This document shows, one piece after another, positions 32,933 to 44,900 of a stretch of DNA of 64,000 nucleotides. Origin of the DNA: Callorhinchus milii (lineage: Eukaryota); assembly GCF_018977255.1 (NCBI RefSeq), contig NW_024704771.1, forward strand, positions 1,984,001 through 2,048,000, written 5' to 3'. A program made the translations under genes and the position numbers. The first letter of the stretch is position 1, and every line of letters starts with the position of its first letter. The notes below the pieces were generated by a model. That model saw only the letters and a list, made by a program, of their open reading frames with translations. It searched no databases and was not told the DNA's origin.

Positions 32933-35900
32933 GTCAGTGGCGTCGGAGACAAGTGGACTCCCCACCCACCCCTCAACCCCCCCACCTCCTCCCCCCACCC
33001 CTCAACCCCCCCCCCACCTCCTCCCCCCACCCCTCAACCCCCCCCCCACCTCCTCCCCCCACCCCTCAACCCCCCCACCTCCTCCCCCACCCCTCAACCC
33101 CCCCCCACCTCCTCCCCCCACCCCTCAAACCCACCCCTCAACCCCCCCCCCACCTCCCCCCCCTTCCCCCCCCCCCTCCCCCCACCCCTCAAACCCACCC
33201 CTCAACCCCCCCCCCACCTCCCCCCCTTCCCCCCCCCCACCCCCCCACCCCCTCCCCCCCTGTCCTGCTCCCCGCGCCCTCTTCCCCGCCCTCCTGTTAC
33301 CCCCCACCTCATCCCCTCCCCCAGTCAGTGGGCACTGACCCCCCCCCCCCCCCCCCCGACTAGACAGTGAGCACTTTCACGCCCCCGCAGACAGTGGGCA
33401 CTCACTCCCTCCCCAGTCACTGGGCACAGTCGAGTCCCCCCCACACCCCCAGTGGGCTCTTATTCCCCCCCCCCCCGATACTAGGCACTCCCACTCCCAG
33501 ACAGTGGACACTTCCCCCCTCCCCCCCGACAGTGGCACTTACCCGCCCCCCCGACAGTGGGCACTTACCCGCCCCCACAGTCAGTGGCACTCCCCCCCCC
33601 CCCCCCCCCCGACAGTGGGCACTTACCCGCTCCCCCCGACAGTGGGCACTTACCCCCCCCCCCCGACAGTGGGCACTTACCTGCCCCCACAGTCAGTGGG
33701 CACTTACCCGCCCCCCCCGACAGTGGGCACTTACCGCCCCCCGACAGTGGGCACTTACCCCCCCCCCCCGACAGTGGGCACTTACCTGCCCCACAGTCAG
33801 TGGGCACTTACCCGCCCCCCACAGTGGGCACTTACCCGCCCCCCCGACAGTGGGCACTTACCTGCCCCCACAGTCAGTGGGCACTTACCTGCCCCCACAG
33901 TCAGTGGGCACTTACCTGCCCCCACAGTCAGTGGGCACTTACCTGCCCACGCCCCATAAAGTGGCCACTTACCCGACCCCCCCCCCACCAGACAGTGGGC
34001 ATTCCCCCCCAGGCCCCGCATTGCCCGCCCCACCATTCAGCCTCTCTGCCCCTACCTCTGGAACTCAATGCCACAGTCCCGCTGCCTCGCTGCCTTCTTC
34101 AAGACCCATCTCAAGGCCCTCCTCTTCAAACGGCCACCCCCTACCCCTACCCTCCCCACCCCCCAACCTCCTGATCCCAACCACCAGGTTGGGTGCAGAT
34201 TCCTGACTGTCCAGCGCTTTGGGACGTCCTGACATGAAAGGCGCCATGTAAATGTAATGTGTTGTTGGTGCCCCATTACTCAGGCTGGGTTCTCAATGTC
34301 AGCTTAATAATAATAATAATAATCCTCGCATTTGATATAGCACTTTTCTAGATGTCTCAAAGCGCTTCACAGAAAATACTGTAAACTGAATTGAATGTAT
34401 ATTTGTGGGCGAAACGTGGCAATCAATTGCATACAGCAGCGTCCCACAAACAGTCGTGCATTGAGTGACCAAATTATTATTGTTTTGTTTGAAAGATTAT
34501 TATTCCCGGTAAAGCGATCTGCCAATCGACCAATAACCGGGTTCCTACTATCTGCTGGGTCAACAGGTGTGTGGAGTAAGGAAACTTGCCCAACATTTCT
34601 CCCTGCCGGGAATCAAACCCAGGTCTCTCGCTTGCTAAGCCAGTGCTCTAACCACTGAGCCACAGGACCCCAAATTAAGTTCCTCTTAAATTTCTTAAAG
34701 AAACATTGATTAATCTCCGAGTGCTTTGCCTTTATTGTCTTTGTTGAAATGACTCGAGACGTCCTCCCTGCAGGAAAGCTGTTAATTATCAACGTAAAAT
34801 CGTGTTTATTGACTTTTGAACTTGGGTTGGTAAATACTAAAGCCATTTGTACACAATGAGAGCTTGCCAGAAAAACAAGGGTGGGATGACTGTTTTAATA
34901 GGGAGGATTGTCAACTGGGGGAGGGGCACAGAGTTGCACCTGAGCCACTGTGTGTTTAGACAGGAGTTTGGCAGTGACTCTGTATGGGTGTGTGTGTCTC
35001 TCTGCATACACAAACATGAGGGGTCCAGTCAGCCCATCAATCCGTTCCACCAGTTCATTTGAATTCTATTTTCATACCTTTGTCCAAAACTAGGCATCGA
35101 GCACTCCGGGACGTTACCCTGTGTGAATGGCGCTGTATAAATGCAAATTATTGTTATAATAATAATAATAATCCTTGCATTTGATATAGCGCTTTTCACG
35201 TCGGAAGGACGTCCCAAAGCGCTTCAAGAACACACTGTAAAGTGAATTGACTGTATATTTGTGGGCGAACGCGGCAGCCAATTGCGCACAGTAATGTCCC
35301 ACAAACAGTCGTAGATTGAAAATGACTAATTTTATTATTGTTTTTGGTTTTGGAGGGATTATTATTAGGCTCTGTGTGGAGTAAGGAAACTTGCCCAAGG
35401 TTTCGCCCTCTGCCTGGAATTGAACTCAGGTCTCTGACTTGCAAAGCGAGTGCTCTAACCACTGAGCTACAGGACTCCACAATCTTGTTTTTTTAAACTA
35501 TCCTTTCTACCTCACATCCGTGCCGTGACCCGCTCTGCCTTTCCCCAAGTCCACAACATTGCCCGGCTCTGCCACTGCCTCAGACCGCCGAGACCCTCAT
35601 ACACGCATTCATAACATCTAGGCTCGACTACAACTACAACAAGATTCCATTTATTGAGTGCCTTTCACGTCGGGAGGACGTCCCAAGGCGCTGGAAGTTC
35701 TTGCATGTTGGCCTCCCCAACTCCTCCCTCCATAAGCTGCAGATCATCCAGAACTCTGTAGCCCGTGTCCTTTCCCTCACCAGCGTCCTTGATCCTATCA
35801 CCTGCAACCTCGCCCGACTCCACTGGCTTCCCATCACACAGAGGATACACTTTAAGATCCTGGTCCTCACTTTTAAAGCTCTCCATGGCTTTGCTCTCCC

Positions 35901-38900
35901 CTACCTCTCCAACCTCCTAACCCCTTACTGACCTGGCCCCACCCTCCGCTCAGCGGGCTTCAGCCTGCTTCACATCGCCCGCCTCGCTTGCCCCACCTCT
36001 GGAACTACATCCCGCAGTCCCTCCGCCTCGCCCCCTCCCTTGCTTCCTTCAAAACCCGTCTGAAGACCCTTCTCTTCGACCGTGCCTACCGTCACCCTCC
36101 TTCCCCCTACCCTTGTCCTCCACCCTCCCCGATCCCAACTCCCAACTCGGGTCTGAAATATTGATTGTCCAGCGCCTTGGGACATATTCCCGACGTGAAA
36201 GGTGCTACGCAAATGTAATTTTGTTGTTGCTATAAGTCAGTCACAAGAACAGCGAAAGGAGAACTTAGAAGGAATATTTTCACCGAGAGAGTAATGAGCT
36301 GTAGAACCTTGCTGAGTTGGGTGGTGGATGTGGAGTCTATTGTAGTTTTCAAGAGGGAAATAGAGAGGCCTATGAAAGCAAGGCCATACTCACCTACACT
36401 GAACTCTGTCCCTCCCATCTCACCAGTTCTAGCCAAGCTCCACTGGCTCCCCATCACCAAAGCGGTCAATTTCAAGATCCTCACACTCAATTTGAAACCC
36501 TTTCATGCCCTGGCACTTCCCTACCTCTCCTGCCTGCTTACCCCACAACCCGCTGCCTCCGCTCGACTGGCTCTGACATTTTGTATGTCCCTCGTGCCCT
36601 CCGTTCCACCATTAGTGGTCGCGCTTTCAGTCACTACGCCTTGAAACTCTGGGACACTCTTCCTCTGCCCCTTCGCACCTGAAGACCTTCCTATTCAACC
36701 GTGTCTATGGTCACCTCCCCCTTCCCAGTGCAGTCATCCTCACTTTCAAGGCCATCCATGGCCTTGCCCCCTCCTACCTCTCTGACCTGCTGACTCCCTA
36801 CCAACCTGTCCGCTCCCTCCATTAAGCGGGCTCCGGCCTGCTCCATGTCTCCCGCCCGACCCGCCCTACCAGCGGTGTCCAGGCTTTCAGCCTCTCTGCC
36901 CCCACACTCTGGAACTCCTTCCACGGTCCCTTCGCCTCGCTTCCTCCCTCGCCTCCTTCAAGGCCGGTCTCAAGACCCTTCTCTTCGATCGTGCCTTTGG
37001 TCGCCCTCCCACCTCTTTGCCTTCCCTCACCCCTACTCCACCCCTCCCCCATGCTCGGGCCCCGACACCTGACTGTTCAGTGCTTTGGGTGTCTTCCCAA
37101 CGTGAAAGGCGCTCTATAAATGTAATTTTGTTGTTGTTGTTGCTCTGCCACGGTCAAGCGCTCTGGGACACTACCCTTTGTGAGGGGCGCTATATAAATG
37201 CAAGTTGTTGGATGGGGGATTAGGTGGGGTGGTGGGATTGAAGCAGTCTCCTTGCTCTGTGAGCCGGTCCGGACTTGGTGGGCCGAATGGCCTCCTTCAA
37301 CACTGTTACTATCTCTGGATCTTTTGCCTTTAATTCCTAAATTATATAATAATATTAAATAATTTCATCTTATTAATAACAATTCCAGCACCTTGGGACG
37401 TCTTTACGACATAAAGGTGCTCTACAAATCTAATTTGTTGTTGTAGTTAATGTAATGCCTTTGATGTCAGGAGGATATCTCAAAGCGCTTTACGGGATTT
37501 ACTGTAAAGTGTAGCAACTGTCTATGTTGTAGCTGATAATATTAATATTAGCCTTGCATTTGACCTGTAGAGAAAGCTTATCATGTCAAATATCTCAAAG
37601 CACTTGTGCACAGCAGAGTTTCTCAAACAACCATGAGGTGAATGAATGATTTATTTGGGGGGATTGATGGCCAGGACACTGGGAGAGAGAGACTGCCCTT
37701 CTCTTTTCGAATGATACCATGGGATCTTTGACATCTACGTGGACGGGCATAGACGGAACCTCACTTTAATGTCTCATCTAAAGAATATACCGTGAAGTGA
37801 ATTGACTGTATATTTTGTGGGCGAACACGTCGGCAAATTGTGCACAGAAGTGCCCCAAAACCGTTGTGGATTGAGTGACCAAACTTGTAAAAAAAAATTT
37901 AGAGGGATTGTTACTCCCAGAAAACAATTGACTAATAACCGGGTTTCCACTTACTGCCAGGTAAACAGAGGCGTGTTGAGTCAGTGAACTTGCCCGAGAA
38001 TCGAACCCGGGTCCTCTCGCTTGCGTGGCGAGCACGCTGACCACTACACTAAGGGACTCCGCATAGACATTGTATTAAAATTGCTGTGAATCAATTTTAG
38101 ATGTTTTGACAATGGTCACTACACTTCAAAGTGACTCACCATGTTTGAGGTATTTTGTCTGGAGCGCTGGGTCAAATGGAAAGGGTTGCTTATTGCTGGC
38201 AATAATAATAATAGTCCTTGCATTTGATATCGCGCTTTGTCACACCTTCTAGACGTCTCAAAGCGCTTCACAGAATATACTGTAAAGTGAATTGACTGCA
38301 TATTTTGTGGGCGAAATGTGGCAGCCAATTACGCACAGATACCTGGAAGCCAGATTTTGTTTGAGAGCAGTCAGCCACTGAGAGCGTTAGCTAATGCCAG
38401 CTCAGTGTGGGTCGTTGTTCTGCTCTTGGAAAGGGTCCAGGCTGCATGGAGAGAAGCACGGAGACAAGCAGTGGTATTGTACGCTCAGCGTTTTTGCCTG
38501 TGCTTCTTGTCCTGTGACAGTCACTGATGCACAGCAGCGTCCTGCAAACTGAGGCCTGGATTTCAGCTGGTAATGTTTGGTTAGTGAGAGCTTTGGCCAG
38601 TGGGAGGGGAGGGAGGGCTGGTCTCCAGTCACAGGCCTAGTCTGCTCCGGGGCCCTGGACTCCTCTCGCAAGCCTCCCGGGATCTCTAGGTGACTTGTAT
38701 CCCTGGGCAGTGACCAACCAGATATGTGCTCCACTAACCACAAAGTCCAGTGGAAACACACCGGCTCTGGACTCTGTCCCCCCATCACACCAGTTCTAGC
38801 CAGGCTCCGCCGGCTCCCCATCACATACACTAAACTCTGTTCCCCCATTTACATCAGTCCTCGCCAGGCTCCACTAGACTGTGTTCAAAGTCTGGACGTG

Positions 38901-41900
38901 GGGCTTGAACCCACAAACTTCTATCTCAGAGGCGGGAATGCGACCAAGTGACACCTACACTGAGCCTTGGGTTGGTTGGCCTGCTGTAGCAGTAGATTTC
39001 TGTGGTAGAGAAGAGGTTTTGATGGCCCTGGGTGCTGGTTGAAGTTTGGAAGGTTAATTCAGAACTCCGCTGCCCGACTACTAACCCGCACAAAACTCTG
39101 TACCGCCATCACACCAGTCCTTGCCAGGCTCCACTGGCTCCCAATTACCGAACGGATCGACTTTCAAGATCCTCTCACTCGTTTTCAAATCCGTTCATGC
39201 CCTCACACTTCCCTATCTCTCCGAGTTGCTTACCCCCCTCCCACTCCACCACCCGCTGCCTCCGCTCGGCCCAGCTCCGGCCTCCTGTTTATCCCTTGCC
39301 CTTCCGCTCCACCTTGCCCGAAGCTATGGAACTCTCTCCCTCAATCCTTCCGCCTTGCCAACTCCCTCCCACTTTCAAATCCTTTTTTGATGGCGGTTAC
39401 AGTCACCTCTCCCCCCCGGCTCGGGGTCAAACTTCACCACTGCCAAACACTCCGGGACGCTATCCCGCGTGAAGGGCGCTATATAAATGCAAGTTGTTGT
39501 GTTGTTGGGTTGGAGAACAACAACAACAACAAGATTCCATTTATTGAGCGCCTTTCACGTCGGGAGGACGTCCCAAGGCGCTGGAAGTACTGATATGATG
39601 ACCTGTAGTTCAGAATTACACAGCACAATAACATTGTGTGACTAACAGCAGAGCAGATGGTAATGAGATTTCTTTTCACCCCACGGTGAACGTTTTACAG
39701 GCTGCTGGTATAATTAGTAACAGGCAGCCTGGCTCAGTCAGGCTGGCTCTCGCCTCTGGCTCAGAGGGACGTGGGTTCAGGTTCCAGGTCCGGACTTTGA
39801 GCTCACAGCCGAAGCTGACGCTCCAGTGCAGAGCTGAGGGAGGGGAGCACGGCATTGTTGAAGTGAAGAAGGTTCAAGTTAAAGGTCCCTCGTGCTATTT
39901 GGAGTGTAAACTGGGAGCTCCTGCCAGGGCAGCGGCTGATATTAATAATAATCCTTGTATTTAATATAACGTCTCAAAGCGCATCACAGAATATATTGTA
40001 AAGTGGATTGACTGTGTATTTTGTGGATGAAAGGCGGCAGCCAATTGCACACAGCAATATCCCACAAACCGCCATGGGTTGAAGTGGCCAATTTTTTTTT
40101 AATTGTCCCTCATTTAAATTCGCCGATCACAGCGGAGTTCAATCACTTCATTGTTGTTTACTGTGTGAAACACTCAACAAATTACATTTGAAGAGTGCCT
40201 TTCAGGTCAAGGGGACGTCCCAAGGCGCTGACTCAGAAATAATCTGAGTTTTTTTAAAAAATTGCGTTATTAGAATGCATATCGCCTGAGACCATGTGTT
40301 TGCTGTACCTAATAATAATAATAATAATAATAATAATCCTTGCATTTGATATAGCGCTTTTCACGTCAGGAGGACGTCCCAAAGCGCTTCACAGAACACA
40401 CTGTAAAGTGAATTGACTGTATATTTGTGGGCGAACGCGGCAGCCAATTGCGCACAGCAATGTCCCACAAACAGTCGTAGATTGAAAATGACCAAATTAT
40501 TATTGTTTTTGGATTTGGAGGGATTATTATTATCGATGTTTGTGAGCAATACTGCCTGAGATATATTGGGGTGATATAGAGATAGGGACAGACTGAGATA
40601 TATTGGGTAGGTGGGTGCTTGAGGCCTGGTGGCTGAGTAAAGGGAACATCTGACACGTGTCTGAACTTTGTCTCTTGTATCAGTAGTTTGGGATTATCTC
40701 AATTCACGTGTTCTCTCTGCTCCTCCTGTATCTTGTTTGCTGTGTACTGTAAAGCTGCGCAAGTCTCCAGTGGATGTCTCCTCTGGTTATCAGCGTACAG
40801 AGCGTTTACGAGGTATTGAACATTCTGCCAATACACTGACAGCTTGGTTCAGTTGGCAACACTCTCATATCTTGGGCGAGAGGTTTGAGTCCTATATTGT
40901 GACTGAACATCACAATCCCAAGATTGTTTGGGATGAAGAAAGCCCTTCTTTGGAGGTGCCAGCACCCTGGGCTGTCTTTCTGACGTGAAGGACGCTATAC
41001 AAGTGTGATTTGTTGTTGTGCTACAGCTGAGAAGTTAAAGCAAGCTCCTGTTCTGCTGGTTCAGGTGAGAGTAAAGATCCCATGGGTGTGTTTGGAAGAA
41101 AAGCAGGGAATTCACCAAGGTGGGAGGAACATTCCTCCTTCATCAAATTTCCCCCAAAGCAGTTCAGTTGGCCGTTCATTCACTGCCACGTGTGGGACAT
41201 CGCAGGTGCCATCCAGGTGTCATGTTGGCCTCCAGGAAAGTTACTCCACTTTATATTTGCAGGAAGCGCTGTGAGACTGTTCAAAAAGAAAGGTTGTAGA
41301 AGTTACTCACACCAACATCTCACACAAGGCTTTGTGAGAGGCAACGAGTACTCAAGTGTGACATGGAGATTACCCAGACCTTCTATGGGCTGCGTCCATC
41401 TGCGCTGTAATACTAGGACGCTCTCTGTGTGTGTATGGGTATCTGCACTACCGTACCAGGAACCTGTGTCTATCGCCAGTATAAACAAAGAAGCTGTTTC
41501 TATCTGCAGTGTAGAGCCAACTTGCTGTGTCTGTCTGTTCTTTAACAGCAGGACGCTATGTATCTGCACTACATCACATGGAATTCTGTAGCTCGATGGT
41601 TAGAGCACTCGCCTTGCAAGAGAGAGGACCTTGGTTTGATTTCTGGGCAGGATGAAACGCTGGGCAAGTTTCCTTACTCCATACCTCTGTTTACCAAGCA
41701 GTAAGCACAAACTCGGTTGTTCGTCGATTGTGGATCGCTTTTCCAAGCATAAAAATTCCTTCAAAAAATAACGATGAATTGTTCACTTCAATCCACGACT
41801 GTTTATGGGACGCTGCTGTGCGCAATTGGCTGCCATATTTCACCTGCAAAATATGTAGTCAATTCATTTTACAGTATATTCTGTGAAGCGCTTTGAGACG

Positions 41901-44900
41901 TCTCGAATACATGATAAGGTGCTCTTATCAAATGCAAGGATTATTACTATTGTCATTAACAGGAAGCTGTGTATCTACACTGCAAAACTAGGAAGCTGAG
42001 TATTTATACCATCAGGAACCTGTCTTTCTATACACTGTAGTACAGTAAGGAAGCTGTGTCATACATGTATGCAGATGACACCAAACTACCTCTCAGTCTC
42101 CACCTTTGACTCAAGACAACTGCTGTGCTGACAAAATGTCTGTCAGACATCAAGTCCTGGATGAGAGCGAACTTTCTTCAGTTGAATGTCAACAAGACCG
42201 AGGCCCTCCTGATTGGCTCCCGTCAGCGCCTCCTCCCCTCAGGCGCTGACAGTATCACCATCCATGGTTGCACACTCCACCTCGCTAAGCCAATCCTGAA
42301 CCTTGGGGTCTTGTTCGACCCTCAACTATTCTTTCCATCCCACATTCACGCCATGACCCGACCCGCTCTGCCATCCACCACCTCCGCCACATCACCGGCT
42401 CCGACACTGTCTCACACCGCAGCTCGCTGAATCTCTCATACATGCCTTCATTACTTTGAGGCTCGACTATGCAAACTCAAACTGTCGGCCTCCCCAACTC
42501 CTCCCTCCACATCCAGATCATCCAGAATTCTGCAGCCCATGTCCTCTCCCGCACCAGGCTCCATGACCCTATCACCCCCATCCTTGCCCAACTCCACTGG
42601 TTTCCCATCACACAGAGGATACAGTTCAAGATCCTGGTCCTCACCTTCAAAGCCCTCCATGATCTTGCTCCTCCTACCTCTCCGACCTCCTAACCCCCTA
42701 CCATCCTGTTCGCTCCTTCGACTTTCGGGTCCGAAACTCGGGACGTCCTCCTGACGTGAAAGGCGCAATACAAATGTAATTTTGTTGTTGTAGTACAGGC
42801 TGGCACAGTGTAATGACCAGTTAGAGCCAACAAGAAAGGTTTATCTGGGTGTGAGTATCTAGTACTGTGCTTTACAGTGGAACAGGGACCAAACCTGAGC
42901 ATGTGTTTAGGTCAAAGTGACCCTGTATTGTGTCAGGCTTTGGTGTGACGAGTCATAGGGAGCGGATATGATGAATAATAATCCTCACACGGAATATACT
43001 GTAAAATAAACTGACTATATTTTATGGGCGAAACAAGGCAGCCAATTACGCACAACGGCGTCCCACAAACAGTCGTGGTTTGAGAGACCAAATTATTATT
43101 TTTTGAAAGAATTATTACCAGTACATATATTGTGCAAATATATATCAAAATACTTCAAATTAAAAGCATTCTCCTCACAGTTACCCTTGTTTTAATTCAT
43201 GCTGGCTGTAAATTTTGATCGAATGTTTTGCAGGTCGGTGTTTTATGATATTTGCTTCCATCACCCAGTGTCCAGCTTAGTCTGAGTGTTTCTGCCTCCT
43301 CCCGCTGCCTCTCAAAACCTCCCCTCCCCCTTTCCCAGCCATTTTGATGCTGCGAGTGAATCAACCATCCGCTAATGGAGATTTGTTTCCAGTCGAGATA
43401 TTTCTGTATCTTAGTAGAGTCCTGTAGCTCAATGGTTAGAGCACTCACCTCGCAAGCGAGAGACCTGAGTTCGATTTCCGGACAGGACAAAAAGTTTCCT
43501 AACTCCACACATTTCTGTTTACGTAGCAGTCACCAGGAACCCGGTTGTTAGTCGATTGGTGGATCGCCTTTCCGGGCATGATACTTCCTTTAAACGATAA
43601 TAATACTAATAAATTGGTCACTCAATCCACAAATGTTTGTGGGACACTGCTGGCTGCCGCTTTTTGCCCACAAAATATACAGTTTACAGTATATTCTGTG
43701 AAGCGCTTTGAGACATCTCGAAGACGTGATAAGGTGCTATATCAATTGCAAGGATTATTATTATTACACTTCCCCTCCCCGCCCCCAGCCATTCTGATGC
43801 TGCGAGTCATTCAACCGTGGGCTGATGGGGATTTATGGGGATGGAGATTTCACGCTCTGAATAACTGCGGCCTACAGGGTTTGCTTGTGTCTGTCTGATC
43901 CTGACACACAGGGTAGCTGACACTGCGACGCCACTCACAGCTGGGACTGTAGCATCTTTGTGCTCTGGAACGCTACCCTGCTTGAGGGGAGCTAAATAAA
44001 TGCAAGTTGTTGTTGTTGTGTCTGGTTGTTGTGGTTATCCAGAGTCTGATTTCCCGTTACCTCCACAAACAACAACAACTAACAACAATAACAACAACAG
44101 ATTTACACAGATAGCGTCCCAGAGCGCTTGACAGTGGTGGAATCTGACCCTGAGCCAGGGGAGAGGGGAGAGGGGGTGGAGGAGGAGGTGACTGTAAGCA
44201 CCGTCTTTAGGCGGGATTTGAAAGTGGAGAGGGAGGGAGTGCGGGAGAGAATTCCAGAGCTTCAGAGCGTAGTGGCTGAAAGCACGACCACTGGTGGTGG
44301 AGCTGAGGGAGTTCACGTCTCGAAGACGTGATAAGGCGCTGTATCAAATGCAAGGATTATTATTATTATTAATTAAGAAATTCCTCAAGAAATACTGAAA
44401 AATTGACCCTGTTATTTCAGGGAAAGAAAACAGACTGACTTAGGGGCCTGGGTCTGTGGCAGGTTATAGCATTAGTGTGAATAATTCTGAGGCTTTGAGT
44501 CAGTAAGTCAATATCCTGATACCAGAGATGAGGGACTTCAGTTTTGTGGAGACACGAGAGAGGTTGGGATTGTTCTCCTTAGAGCAGAGAAGGTTAAGGG
44601 GAGATTTAATAGAGGTGTTCACAATGATGAGGGGTTTTGATGGAGTAGACAGGGAGAAACTGTTTCCACTGGCCGGTGGGTTGGTAATCAGGGAATATAG
44701 ATTTGAGATAATTGGCAAAAGAACCAGAGGGGAGACGAGGAAAAACATTTTTATGTGTAAAATTGTTTCGGTCTGCAATGCACAGCTTGAAAGGGTGGTG
44801 GAAGCAGATTCAGTAATAACTTTCAAAAGGGGGTTGGATATTTACTTGAAAAAAACACTTGCAGGGCCAAGGGGGGAGAGTGGTGAGTGGGATTAATTTG

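Noticed and set aside
33360-34010. Regularly spaced repeat resembling a CRISPR array
   Set aside because: Vertebrate minisatellite without unique spacers or cas genes
32577-34206. Long Pro-rich ORFs extending RNF5 exon 1
   Set aside because: Read-through into intronic C-rich minisatellites
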